A DNA stretch of 64,000 nt, from NCBI GenBank assembly GCA_013239625.1, contig MU053934.1, positions 12,311,413 to 12,375,412 on the forward strand. Reading direction: 5' to 3'. A program made the translations under genes and the position numbers. Every line of letters begins with the position of its first letter. The first letter of the stretch is position 1. The DNA comes from Lama guanicoe. Lineage: Eukaryota. The notes below the pieces were generated by a model. The model did not search any database, had not been told where the DNA came from, and saw only the letters and a list, made by a program, of their open reading frames with translations. Below, piece by piece: positions 1 through 12,538 of this stretch.

Positions 1-510
1 TTGGCCCCATTCCAGAACCTGAACCTCATCATGTCACCCCAGCAACCCCACTGCAGTGCCAAAACTTGGGGAACTGACCCGAACCCTGCCACTCTTCTCT
101 CTGTCTGGATGCCTGTCCCTCCCAAGCAGCTGCCCCACTGTCCCAGGGGCTGTGCCCCGTGTATGCACCAATTATAAGGCTTTCAAGAGAGATCTGGTTC
201 AGCCCCGCCTGCACTGGGGACCCAGGGGGAACAGGCAGCATGTACCCACTCCATCCCACACCACTGGCCCTTCCCCTGGGGCCCCCAGCATTGGCCACAC
301 CTGCCTCCTACTATCTCATGGCCCAAATGCCTCTGCCCCAAGTTTCCAGGGAAGTGATGGGTGAGGTAAGACATAATCGCTGGCCACCATAATCGCTGTT
401 CTGAAGGGTAATTGCTAGACTCTGGGTGTCACCTGGGGCAGGGCCTCTGAGGCTCTTCTGCAGAGCATGTGGACCACGCTCGGGTCCGCAACAGGCGAGG
501 CGGGGCATAC

Positions 511-3500
511 CTGGAACACGAGGCCCCTGCTGCATGAGGAGTCCAGCACAGGCTGCAGGGAGAAGTGGCTCAGGCGCGCATAGTGGGTCCCGCACTCGGC
601 CACCTCTGAGAGGAGGCTGCTCATGCTCTCGGGGGACGCTCCTGACACGTGGACGCCCTGCTTCACCGTGAAGGCCTGAGCCGGCTGGACAGGACAGACG
701 AGAGATCACTGGTGCTGGGCATCCAGAGCCCAGTGTGGGGCTGCATCCTGCCCAACCCACGCCCCCAACCACGGCACTGCCCAGAGCACCCCCAAGACCG
801 GATGCCCCAAACCAAGACGCACAAAAAAGAAGTTCCAAAAGCAAAAGCAGATAGCCACAAACACACCCCAGCACCCATCCAGGAATAAAAACACACGGAG
901 ACAACAAGGTGTCACTTTTCACTGACCACGTGAAAGAGAATACGTGTCTAGAAGATCAAGCCGAACTTGGTGGGAAGAGGGAGGAGACAGATGCCTCCAA
1001 GCTACCGGAGTGGAGCTCACAGACACCTGCTTGGGGCAAGAGCCCAAGGAATTGCTTGCCCTTAGATCTGATGATTCAGCTCCCGTCCACCTGTCTCAAG
1101 GAAGTACCAGAGGCGGCCCACAAACACCTGGCATGGCACGTCCCCGCCACACTGTTCTCAGCCCCGGGGCATGGGGCGCAGTGAGGCAGTGTGAAGAGGG
1201 AAGGGTATGGCCGCGACTGCTGGCACTGAAAGAGGAAGGGTCTCAAATCAGTAGCCACACTGACATGTTAAGGAAGTAGAACAAGAGCAGCTGGAGCGCA
1301 GAGCTGACGGAAGGAAAGGAAGGTCGCGGACCAGGAGCTGGTTCAAGTCTTTAGGAAAATAAAAGACTCAAATTACTAAATCAGTTGCATTTCTTTACAC
1401 TAACGATAAATCAACAGAAAAAGAAAGTAAAGAAACAATCCCCTTTAAAATAGCACCCAAAGTAATAAAATATCTGGGAATAAACCTAACCAAGGAGGTG
1501 AAAGAATTATACACAGAAAACTATAAACCATTGATGAAGGAAATTAAAGAAGACTTTAAAAAATGGAAAGATATTCCATGCTCTTGGATTGGAAGAATCA
1601 ATATTGTTAAAATGGTCACACTGCCCAAGGCAATCTACAGATTTAATGCAATCCCTATCCAATTACCCAGGACATATTTCACAGAACTAGAACAAATCAT
1701 AATAAAATTTATATGGAACCATCAAAGACCTAGAATTGCTAAAGCATTACTGAAGAGAAAGAANNNNNNNNNNNNNNNNNNNNNNNNNNNNNNNNNNNNN
1801 NNNNNNNNNNNNNNNNNNNNNNNNNNNNNNNNNNNNNNNNNNNNNNNNNNNNNNNNNNNNNNNNNNNNNNNNNNNNNNNNNNNNNNNNNNNNNNNNNNNN
1901 NNNNNNNNNNNNNNNNNNNNNNNNNNNNNNNNNNNNNNNNNNNNNNNNNNNNNNNNNNNNNNNNNNNNNNNNNNNNNNNNNNNNNNNNNNNNNNNNNNNN
2001 NNNNNNNNNNNNNNNNNNNNNNNNNNNNNNNNNNNNNNNNNNNNNNNNNNNNNNNNNNNNNNNNNNNNNNNNNNNNNNNNNNNNNNNNNNNNNNNNNNNN
2101 NNNNNNNNNNNNNNNNNNNNNNNNNNNNNNNNNNNNNNNNNNNNNNNNNNNNNNNNNNNNNNNNNNNNNNNNNNNNNNNNNNNNNNNNNNNNNNNNNNNN
2201 NNNNNNNNNNNNNNNNNNNNNNNNNNNNNNNNNNNNNNNNNNNNNNNNNNNNNNNNNNNNNNNNNNNNNNNNNNNNNNNNNNNNNNNNNNNNNNNNNNNN
2301 NNNNNNNNNNNNNNNNNNNNNNNNNNNNNNNNNNNNNNNNNNNNNNNNNNNNNNNNNNNNNNNNNNNNNNNNNNNNNNNNNNNNNNNNNNNNNNNNNNNN
2401 NNNNNNNNNNNNNNNNNNNNNNNNNNNNNNNNNNNNNNNNNNNNNNNNNNNNNNNNNNNNNNNNNNNNNNNNNNNNNNNNNNNNNNNNNNNNNNNNNNNN
2501 NNNNNNNNNNNNNNNNNNNNNNNNNNNNNNNNNNNNNNNNNNNNNNNNNNNNNNNNNNNNNNNNNNNNNNNNNNNNNNNNNNNNNNNNNNNNNNNNNNNN
2601 NNNNNNNNNNNNNNNNNNNNNNNNNNGAATACTACTCAGCCATAAAAACCGACAACATAACACCATTTGCAGCAACATGGATGCTCCTAGAGAATGTCAT
2701 TCTAAGTGAAGTAAGCCAGAAAGAGAAAGAAAAATACCATATGAGATCGCTCATATGTGGAATCTAAAGACTCATGGACAGAGAATACAGACTTGTGGTT
2801 ACCAGGGGGGTAGAGGGTGGGAAGGGATAGACTGGGATTTCAAAATTGTAGAATAGATAAACAAGATTACACTGTATAGCACAGGGAAATATACACAAAA
2901 TGTTATGATAAATCACAGAGAAAAAAATGTGACAATGAGTGTGTATATGTCCATGAATGACTGAAAAATTGTGCTGAACAATGGAATTTGACACAACATT
3001 GTAAAATGATTATAAATCAATAAAAAATGTTAAAAAAAAAAGACTCAAATTACTAAAGTCAGTAATGAAAGTGGGGACACTGCTACTGATTTTGCAGAAA
3101 CAGAAAGGATTATAAGAGAACACGATGAATAATACACACCAGCAAATTAGATAACCTAGCTAGGACAGACAAAGCCAACTCAAGAAATAGAAAGTCTACA
3201 CAAACCAAAAACAAGCTTCCATTAGTCACCAAAGCCCCCCGTAGTGTGATTTCTGACGCTGCCAAGGCATCCATCTAAGGGACCACACAGCCCCCAGCAA
3301 AGCAAGAGAGAAGAAGCAAGGCCACTCAACCCGAGCCTCCTTTCCAGAACGCCCTGAGTGACCTGGACACCCGACCCCTTGAGTGACCCCACTTTTCCCT
3401 TCCCGTGCCTTAATTCCCACCCTTAAGTTTTAAATTCACCAATAAAGAGTGAGCCTGTGAAACCCGAGGTCCCCGCCCTCGACCCCAATAACGTCGGAGT

Positions 3501-6500
3501 CCCGGTCTGTGTGTGCCCCATCCATGGCCTTGTCTGTGGCCCTGAGTGTGCCGTGTCTAACCCCCCAGGACCCATGCGCAGTACCCTTGTTCTTTAAAGG
3601 GCCTCATGGACGCTGGCTGAGGTGTCTCCTGCAACCCTAAGAACCACGAGGGCCAATCCAAACACAACAGGGCCTGGGGGTCTGTGGGACCGCCCCAATA
3701 CCGCAGGCCCAGGGAGCGCCCGGGCCGTCTGGAGCCTCCAGCCCCGTGCCGCCAGGCTGGGACCAGCACAGCGCTGCCAGCAGGCTAAGGTGGCAAATGT
3801 TGATGTGCTGTGAATTTCACAATCTACAGAAAACAAAAACAACAATAACCCAACAAAGAGAAGTCCAAGACCCAGTGGCCTCACTGGTAAATTCTACCAA
3901 ACAATTCAAGCACTGACACCAAATATTCTTAAACTCTTCCAAAAATTAAAGAGAAGGGTACACTCCATAACTTTAAGAAGCCAATACTGCACCAGTGGCA
4001 AAGCAAGACAAAGACATTACAAGGAAAAACCTGCAGGCCAATATCCCTTATGAACACAGATGCAAAAAACCTCGATGCTAACAAAAAATACTAACAAACC
4101 AAATGCAGCAGCATGTGAAAGGATTGTATACAATGACCAAGTGGGTTTTATCTCAGGAATGCAAGGATAGTTCAACATATAAAAATCAATGTAATACATC
4201 ACATTAATAGAATGGGGGGAACCATGATTATCTCAATTGATGCAAAAAAAAAAATCTGACAAAACTCGACAGCCTTTCATGATAAAAACACTCAATCAAC
4301 TTGGAAAAGAAGGGAACTTCCTCAACAGGATAAAGGCCATGTATGAAAAACCCACAGCTCACATCACACTCAGTGGTGAGACTGAAAGCTTTCCGCTTAG
4401 GATCAGGAACAAGGCAAGGATGCCTGCTCTCACCACTTCTGTTCAAAATAACACTGGAAGTCCTCGTCAGAGCAGTTAGGCAAGAAAAAGAAAATTTAAA
4501 TGTATACAAATTGGAATACCCAAATTGGAAAGGAAGAAGTAAAATTATCAATTTTCAGGTGACAATATTATATACAGAAAATGCTAGAGAATCCACAAAA
4601 AAACCTCTTAGTTAATAAACAAATTCAGCAAAGTTCTAGGATACAAAATCAACACACAAAAATCAGTTGTATTTCCATACAATTTCCATACTTGCAATGA
4701 ACAATCCAAAAAAGTAAAATAAGAAAACAATTCCATTTACAACAGCAATCTAAGAATAAAATACTTAGAAATAAATTTAACCAAGGAGGCAAAAGTTTCA
4801 CTTGTTACAGTGAAAACTAGAAGATATTGCTGAAAGAAATTAAAGAACTAAGTAAATGGGAAGATATCCCATGTTCATGGACTAGAATATCTAATACTGT
4901 TAGGATAATACACCAAAAATGATCTGTGGATTCCACGGATGAATTTACCAAATTCATCCATCCTAAAATTCATATGGAATTGCAAAGGGCCCTGAATAAC
5001 CACAATAATCTAAAAAAAAAAAAAAAAAAAGCTGGAGAACTCACACTTCCCGAGTTCAAAATTTCTTACAAAGTTACAGTAATCAAAACAGTGCGGCATT
5101 CACATAAAGACAGACATGAAGACCAATGGAACAGAGTCCAGAAATAAACTCATATACGGTCAGTTTCTTTTCAAGAAGGAAACCACGACCATTCAGTGGG
5201 GAAAGAACAGTCTTTCCAACAAACGGTGCTCAGTAAACGGAACAGCCACATGCAAAAGGATTAAGCTGGACCCTTCCTTTACACTCCATATACAAACATT
5301 AACTGAAAATAGATCAAACACCTAAACTTAAAAGCTAAAACTATGAAACTCTTAGAAGAAACAGAGGCAAACCTTCAAGGCCTTGGATTTGGCAATTTCA
5401 TTAATATGACATCAAAAGCACAGGCAACAAAAGGAAAAAGATAAACTGGACTTCATCAAAATTTAAAATGTCTGTACATCAAAGGAAACTATCAAGTGAG
5501 GGGAAAGAACCTACAGAAAGGGAAAAAACACTTGCAAACATCTCACAAAGGATTAACATCTGGAATGTATAAAGAACTCCTGCAACTCAACAACCCAACT
5601 CAAAAATGAGGAAAGGACTAGAACAGACATTTCTTTAAAAAAGATATACAAACAGAAAAATGATCAGCGTCATTTATGTCATGATGGAAATGCAAATCTA
5701 CACTGCAATGAGATACCACTTCACATCCATTGGGATAGCTATTATTTACCAAGGGGTGAGGGTGTGGATAACAAGTATTTACCAAGGGGTGAGGACGCAA
5801 AGAAACTGGGACCCTGGGACACTGCCGGAGGGAATGTAAAAGGGTGCAGACACTGTGGAAAAGAGTTTGTCCGTTCCTCAAAAAGTTACACAAAGAATTA
5901 TCATATGACCCAGTAATTCCACTCCTAGGAATATACCCAAAGGAACTAAAAGCAGGGACTCAAACAGATTCTTGTACACCAGTGTTCACCACAGCACTAT
6001 TCACAACAGCCAGGAGTGTCCATCAATTGATGAATGGGTAACAAAATGTGGTCTCTACATACAATATTATTCACCCTAAAAAAGGAAAGAAATTTTGACA
6101 TGTGCTACATCTTGCATGAAACGTGAGAACATTATGCTGAATGAAATAAGCCAGTCACTAAAGAATAAACTATATAGTTCTGTTTGTATGAGGAAAGTCG
6201 GAGACAAAAAGTGGGTGCTGGGTGCCATGGACTAGGGGAGGGGAAATGGGGCATTACTGTTTAATGAGGAGAGTTTCAGTCTGAGGTGATGAAAAATTTT
6301 GGAAGTAGACAGTGGGATGGTTATACCACATTGTGAATTCATGCCACTGAATAGTACACTTAGAAGTGGTTAAGATGATAAATTTTAAGTTATGTTTATT
6401 TTACCACAATTTTAGGGGTGGGGGTAGTTGATTCCACTTCATAGAGTCAGGCCATTCACACTACAGAACACTATGAGGCCCTGAAAACGGTGCCCGGAAC

Positions 6501-9500
6501 AGCGTCCCAGAGGGCAGTCCAGCCCAGCCCAGCACCAGCAAGGCCTCAGAAGTTTGCTAGATGTGCTTCTAGGGCACACCAAGTCTGAGAACAGCCACCA
6601 GGAAAGAGCAGGAAGACACGAGAGACTGGACACTCAGGTGATGGCAGGCTGCAGAACAGCACGTATAAAAGGTGTCACTTTGCACACGTCTTCTTTTATT
6701 CAGTAAATGCCCAGCAAGAGGCAAAAGGCTGGATACAGTGCAGCAACTGCCCAGACGAGCCAGCCCTACCATGGCCAGGAGAGAGGCCCACAGAAGTGGG
6801 AAACATAGTGATGGTCACCACACCTGCGCTCTGTCCCAGGATGGGCGTGGAAACGGGTACACTTCTCTTGTTCCATCGACGACAATAAACATCTTACTTT
6901 TGTTCAGTTTTTAAAAGGATGTCAATGAATTAACACTTTTTAAAAGTGAAAGGAGAAAATTACCAGGACTCAGAGCCACCCTGCCCCTCAGGGGGTCTCG
7001 TCCAAGGCCGCCCACTCACTGCCCTGGGCCCCAGTCTCCCCTGTAAAGCGCTTGGACAGCGCCAGGCAGAGGGCGGCCATCAGCCCAGCATGGGGGCTGC
7101 CACCGCGTGAGCGCGTCCTTACCTGGCACAGAGAAAACGTGGTGGACACAACCCCAATCAGGACGTTCAGGGCATCCTTCACCAGCTCGCGCTCCCTCAC
7201 CAGGATGGGCTGCGGGGCCTGCAGGAGGCCCCCGCCCACCACCTGCAGCTCCCCATGGCGGAGCCTGCAGGACCTGTCGAAGGCGTCCCTGCCTGCCTCT
7301 GTGAGGTAGGGCTCCTCTCTGTGGCCGGGGGTGCTGAGGGAGACAAAGGGGGCAGTGAGTAGACAGAGCGACACACACCTTAGCTGTAGGAACTAAAGAC
7401 AGGACAAAGAAGGGCTCAACACAATAAAACACCTAAGAATACAGAGCAGGTGCCAACCCTAACCAACTGCCCTGCCTCTCCATCAGCGTCTGGCAGGCTC
7501 TGGCAGACAACTGTGCAGAAATTTGTCCAGAAGCAGCAGCAAACGTCCCCACCCGCCTGGTACCCATGGGGCACGTGGTGGTCCTCAAGCTGACAAGTCA
7601 TTCAGTGTACCTTGATGCTGAAAACAAGCACAAAGTTTGCACACCCAGGCTCACAGCGGCACAGTCACAACAGCCAAAGCAGCCCAGGGTCCAGACCCAG
7701 ATGATGGACAAAGAAGACGTGGTCCACCGCTACAAGGGAACTACTATCTAGCCTTAAAGAAGAAGGAAACTCTGACAGGTGTCAGATGTCACAGAGGAAC
7801 CTTGAGGACGTAACACAGCCCAGTCACCAGAGGACAACCACCACATGGTCCCACTCCTGTGGGGTCCCCAAAGGAGTCAGAATCAAAGACACAAAGTACA
7901 ACGGTGGGTGCTGGGGCTGGGGAAGAGGGATGAGGAGTTAGTGTTTAATGGGGACAGAGTTTCAGTTTGAGAAGATGAGAAAGTTCTGGACACCGACCGA
8001 TGGTGGTGGTGGTCACACAGCGTGAATGTCCTTACTGCCACGGAACTGTAACTTAAAAATGGTGAAGATGTTAAGCTTTACATTATGTGTATCTTAGCAC
8101 CCTCCCCCTAAAAAGGAGGCACACAGCAAAGATTCATGAATTCCTAGGAGAAACAGGCCCACTGGGTCTTGCGGAGGGTGGCTCTAGGCACACATCCGCC
8201 CCTGGGTCTTTGCCTCCGGAGGGTCCTGTGGGAAGTTCAGGTAAGTGTCTACCTAGCTCAGTCACATTGTTCAAAAGAGGGCAAAGACACAGTATCACTT
8301 TTCAAATAGTCCTTTGAAAACCAGCAACACCTACTAAAAGTAAGGAAGAACTCGGTTTTTTTTTAATCCACTGGAAAAAGTAATTTCTTAATAAAAGGAG
8401 CCCAGGATAAACTCAGAACTTGTTAAAAACAAAAATGCTTTTTAACTGACAACGCACCATACTGGGGCTCCTTCCCTCACTCACAAGGATCTGAGCGCGG
8501 GGCTGAGCAGCTGAGAGGACAGGCCCAGCCCTCACTGGGGTGGCAGGGGGAGGGTGCTTCAGACAGAAGCTCCAAGGAAGCACGGGGCTCCTAGAGGGAC
8601 CGGCGATGCTGGTCAGGAAGGACCCAGGAGCATGGCCTAGCTGGCAGAACAGCACTCCTGGCAGGGGGAGCAGCCTGTGTGAAAGCCCAGAGACAGGAAA
8701 AGAAAGGGGCCAGGTGTGTGCGGCTCAGCAGGCATGTGGGGTGAGGTCAGGGGCGCTGGGCCTACAGTCCAGGCAGGGGTGGCCATGAAGCGGGGTCAGC
8801 AGAGCAGTGAGTGCCCTGATTTCCATCCCTGGAAAGTGGCACTGGCCATGTGGAGGATGGGCCAGAGTGGGCAGGAGGAAGGGGAAGGCCAGTCCTGAGG
8901 TCCAGAGTCAGCAGGAGGGTGCAGCCTGCACTCCCGGGGCAAGAAGGGTGTGAGGAAAGGGAAACCCCCGCATCGGGGCCCTTCTGAACGGCGCTCCAGG
9001 GAAGAGCAGGTGAGCACACAGCTCCTGCCCACTCCTCCAGGGAGGGCCCCTGACTATTGTGGCAGCACGACCCCTCGGGCGACTCAGGGCTGAGGGAGGA
9101 GAGCCCGTGGAGGAAAACGCCGAACTCGCACTCATCACAACTTGGCCCTTCCCCCGACGGAACCACCTCCTGCAGGGTGAGGATCGGGGGGCAGACAGGT
9201 GCACAGAAAGAGCAGAGGACACCTGGCAGCAGGGGAGGCGGCCTTCAGACCAGTGCTGGCCCGCAGGGGGCGGCACCATGTAGGGTCCCCCAGGGCTCTC
9301 ACAGCAAGGGCAGAGTTCACAGTCTGGGGCTGTCGGGGGATGGGGGGCCTTAACTGCCCGTTCCTCAGAGGTCCTGGCAGGAAACTAGCAGGCAGCTAGG
9401 ATTCCAACTGTGACAAGTGCAAAAGATTCTCCAAATGAACTCCAGTGAAAGGCCTCAGGGGCCAGGGGCCAGGAGCATCAGGTTATGACCAGACGGGCAG

Positions 9501-12500
9501 GAGGTGGAGGCAGCGAGCTTGGGGCGCGCCCAGCCGCAGGGGCCCGAGGTATCTCCTGCAGAGGTGGCAGCAGGGCACAGACACAGGCCCACGTGCAGCT
9601 GTGGTCCTCCCTACAGGAAGTGCCACAGGGCAGTCCTCACTGCTGGGGTTCTGTGTCGGTTCCGCTCTCAGGGGACACGGAGGAGATTAAGTATATTCAG
9701 AACAGGGGACTAGGATGCTGACTGACTGGGCAATCACGTCTCCTCCCTGGTGACCTGGAAAACCACGCCTGGAAAAGAGGGAGTTGATATATAAAACACC
9801 ACTAGCAAATACTTACAAAAGGAAGTTCTAACTGCCTGTTACCCAGTGCTTAGACTCCAGAGGGTTAGCAGAGAACAGGGTGATAGAACTGCCCTGCACA
9901 CAAGGCAGGATGAAGACCCAATGGGAAGCTACAGGGCGGAGAAGCCCCGAAGACAAGACAATCACCCACACTGGCGGTGCTCAGGGAAGCAGGGAGCTGG
10001 CAGTGCCTGGAGGAATCCACGTGGGGGAAGGTAATCATGCCAGGAAGGCGACCCCATCAGGAGCGGGGCCCACACAACAGGTGCTGAACAGCTGTCTGCC
10101 CCAAGCATGTGCCACTCATCCTTAGGAGACCCTGCAGGAGCCGCAGCTGCATCAGAGTTACTCAGCTCCCTGCGAGCCCGATTCTTTCACTCAGTGCTCC
10201 CCACACTGGTGTCCCACAGAAATGCCGGCAGATGAGACATGACAAGAGGATCCCTTGACCAAACGTGTGTCCTCACTCCCCACTCTAGGAGGTTTTGAGA
10301 CACCAGAATAACAGGTCCTGAGAGCAGAAGCCCTGGACCAGAAGAGCACCAATCAGGGAAGCACTGTGATGACTGGAACTTCTCATCACATCTCTTCTAA
10401 ACGTGAAGAACAGGGACAGGAAGAAACTTCCTCATCAGCGCCCTGTGCCGGGCACTGACCACACTGCTGCCAGGCTGCCCTCAGACACCTCTGACTGGGA
10501 GCCCTCCTGGCAAGGATGTAACTCAGTTGCCAACTGACTGCTCTGACTGGAAAGTGTGATCTGCAGAAGTTACTGGCTCCATGGGGAACCTGTGCAGCCT
10601 AGAATCCTTTTCCATCTGCATTTCTATCAACTCTCAGCACAAAGACAATTTGGGACACTAACTTGACTGGAACTTCTAAGTTCCTAATCCCAATCATCTG
10701 GGCCCTGAGTAAAGGTCACGGTTACCAGGGTAGGGGGTGGGGGGTGGGCACTGTATTTTAAGGCAAAGGCTCACGAACCATCCAACTTGCTCCCAGCACC
10801 TCCGCTTGCTGGCCTCGTAGGTGAGCACAGCATCCCACAGGTCAACATCTGGGGTCATGCTCGGCTCAGACTGGGAATCAGGAGTCAGATTGGATGCTGA
10901 CTGGAACCCTTCATCTTCCGATGGATCCACACTCGGAGGGACCTGGAGACCGCAAGAAGCAGGAAACTTTACCTGTGACAGGGTGTCTGGATTTCACCCC
11001 AGCGTGATGACAATTCCAGGGAACTCTTCCACACTTCCACTTACTCTACGAGAAAGGCCTAGCGGAAGGTTTCTTATATTTCTCCCAAGTAGGTAAGTAC
11101 TACACGGTGTTTTCGCCCCTAGTGAATCATTCAAGGAACTAAACCCATTAATCTATTAAGGTTACCAATTCCCATTTCACACAACAGAGGCTGATTGACG
11201 TTTCTGAGCCTCAATGTAACTTACAATGAAATTTCGTCCCAATCCAGAAGTTTCATTGTGGGGAACCCAGCACCAAAAAGTTACACAGACAGAAAAATTC
11301 ACATAAGCCAGGATGTTTGCTACAGCATTGTCTGTTTGGAAACAACTTCAAGACCTCACAGTAAGGCAATGACTGAGTGATGACGGTACATTCTTTCAGC
11401 AAAGCCTCAGAATGCAAAGGCACATGACAATTTACTCAACATCGGGAAAACCCCACATGACCGGTGAAAGCAAGCATAGACGGACAACTGCATGTACAGT
11501 ACGGACAAATGTCTGTTGCCACATATGGCTACTGAGCACTTGAAACTTGGCTTATGCGAGGATGAACTGGGCTTGCTGCATTTTAATTAACGTAAATGTA
11601 AACATCTACTCACTTGGGGGCAGAAGTGAGTGAACTGCACGTCCTGTCGGATATGAGATGAAAGCGGTACCCGGAGCGGGACCGGCGGTAAGGGACCGAG
11701 CCTGGCCCGGAGCCACCGAGTGGGCGGGACCCGCGCGGTCCTCCTCCCACCATGGTCAAAGGAGCATCTGCAAAGCCTCGGAGCCACAGGCGGGAGGCCA
11801 ACACCCTACCTTGATGGCCAGTCCCGCGAGGTCGGCGCTGTCCGGTACCGGGGGCAGGTCCAGCCGGACGTCCATGTCGTTTGTGCGGCTGTGCACGAGG
11901 GCTCCGAAGAGAGAGACGCGGGTGTCCCTCTCAAACCTGTCACCGCTAGGGTCGCCGTACGAGAAGAGTAGCCCGGTGCCCGGCGCCGCCTCCATCACCT
12001 GAAGCGTCCTCCGGATCAGGTCTTGACACAGACTTTCCTCCCCGGAGATGAGAGCGCCCACGTCCGCCTCAAACGCGCGCAGGTCGCCGCAGTCGTAGCC
12101 GCCGTAGGTAACTCTCCTCCCGACCGGCCCGCGGGGAAGGAAGTAGTCCCGCCCGCGCCGTGGAGCTCGCGGGGGGCCGCTGCCCGACAGCTGCACCAGG
12201 AGGTCCAGAACCGAGCCCATCTCCGCCAGGGGCCGGCCGGGCGCCGCCTCCAGTCCCTCCACCAGCTCCTCCAGACGGTCGGCCTCGGCGCCCAGGCCAC
12301 CCACTCGCAAGTCAAAGGACAGCATGAGGATCTTGTTTTTCACCGGGAGTCTTGAGAAGTCAGGCTGCAGCCTGCGAGTCTCATCTTGAAAGAGGCTGGT
12401 GAACAGCGCGTTGTAGGCCACCCTCTTGAGGCTCTGCTTTGCCCTCTTCCGGCTCCCGCGGCGCTGGCCCAGGTGCACCTTCGCGGCCGGCAGCAGGGCC

Positions 12501-12538
12501 TCGCATAGGTCGTCCAACAGCTGCGGGACGCTGGCCAT
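511..12538 (-). CDS. TUBGCP6: Gamma-tubulin complex component 6, coding exons 1-4 (gene continues beyond the left edge)
   Basis: Exons 12538-11810 (729 nt, [20 protein letters not shown]...LAGLAIK), 10942-10779 (164 nt, [27 protein letters not shown]...), 7333-7123 (211 nt, [18 protein letters not shown]...FSLCQ) and 684-511 (174 nt, [19 protein letters not shown]...GLVFQ). All introns are GT..AG and the frame is continuous. The translation matches the GCP6 N-terminus as I recall it. Confidence 0.96.
1381..3037 (+). mobile_element. Young 5'-truncated LINE-1 (3' part of ORF2, 3'UTR and A tail), partly hidden by an N gap
   Basis: Open ORF2 segment ([38 protein letters not shown]...IYRFNAIPI), L1 3'UTR, AATAAA and A tail near 3019-3040. 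Flanked by an exact repeat AAAAGACTCAAATTACTAAA at 1361-1380 and 3038-3057. Confidence 0.95.
3038..6415 (+). mobile_element. Old degenerate LINE-1 (L1M/L1MB-like ORF2 and 3'UTR), interrupted; begins about 1350, before the young L1
   Basis: A-rich, with frameshifted ORF2 remnants ([48 protein letters not shown]). The 3' end resembles L1MB (ACACTTAGAAGTGGTTAAGATGATAAATTTT...TTTTACCACAAT). Confidence 0.88.
3215..3670. mobile_element. Probable LTR-like insertion inside the old L1
   Basis: GC-richer block that interrupts A-rich L1 sequence, with an internal AATAAA (3441-3446) and a ...CACAACA end. Resembles an ERV-type solo LTR; family and ends are uncertain. Confidence 0.35.
7630..8105 (+). mobile_element. 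L1MA/L1MB 3'-end fragment
   Basis: Typical L1M 3'UTR text: GAGTTAGTGTTTAATGGGGACAGAGTTTCAGTTTGAGAAGATGAGAAAGTTCTGGA...CTTAAAAATGGTGAAGATG. Confidence 0.8.
11512..11615. mobile_element. MER3-like hAT-Charlie DNA transposon remnant
   Basis: GCCACATATGGCTACTGAGCACTTGAAA...TTTTAATTAA resembles the MER3/MER33 consensus as I recall it. Confidence 0.6.

Noticed and set aside
1498..2709. 403-aa and 318-aa ORFs in the ORF track
   Set aside because: They are mostly translated Ns; the real part is a truncated L1 ORF2 fragment.
5743..5795. Direct repeat TATTTACCAAGGGGTGAGG, two copies with a short spacer
   Set aside because: Only two copies, inside a decayed L1; a local duplication, not a CRISPR-like array.
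8950..9180. Possible cryptic exon in TUBGCP6 intron 2 (acceptor-like CCTCACCCTGCAG, open frames, some CpG)
   Set aside because: Exons 2 and 3 already join in frame, there is no convincing donor, and the peptide resembles nothing I recognise.
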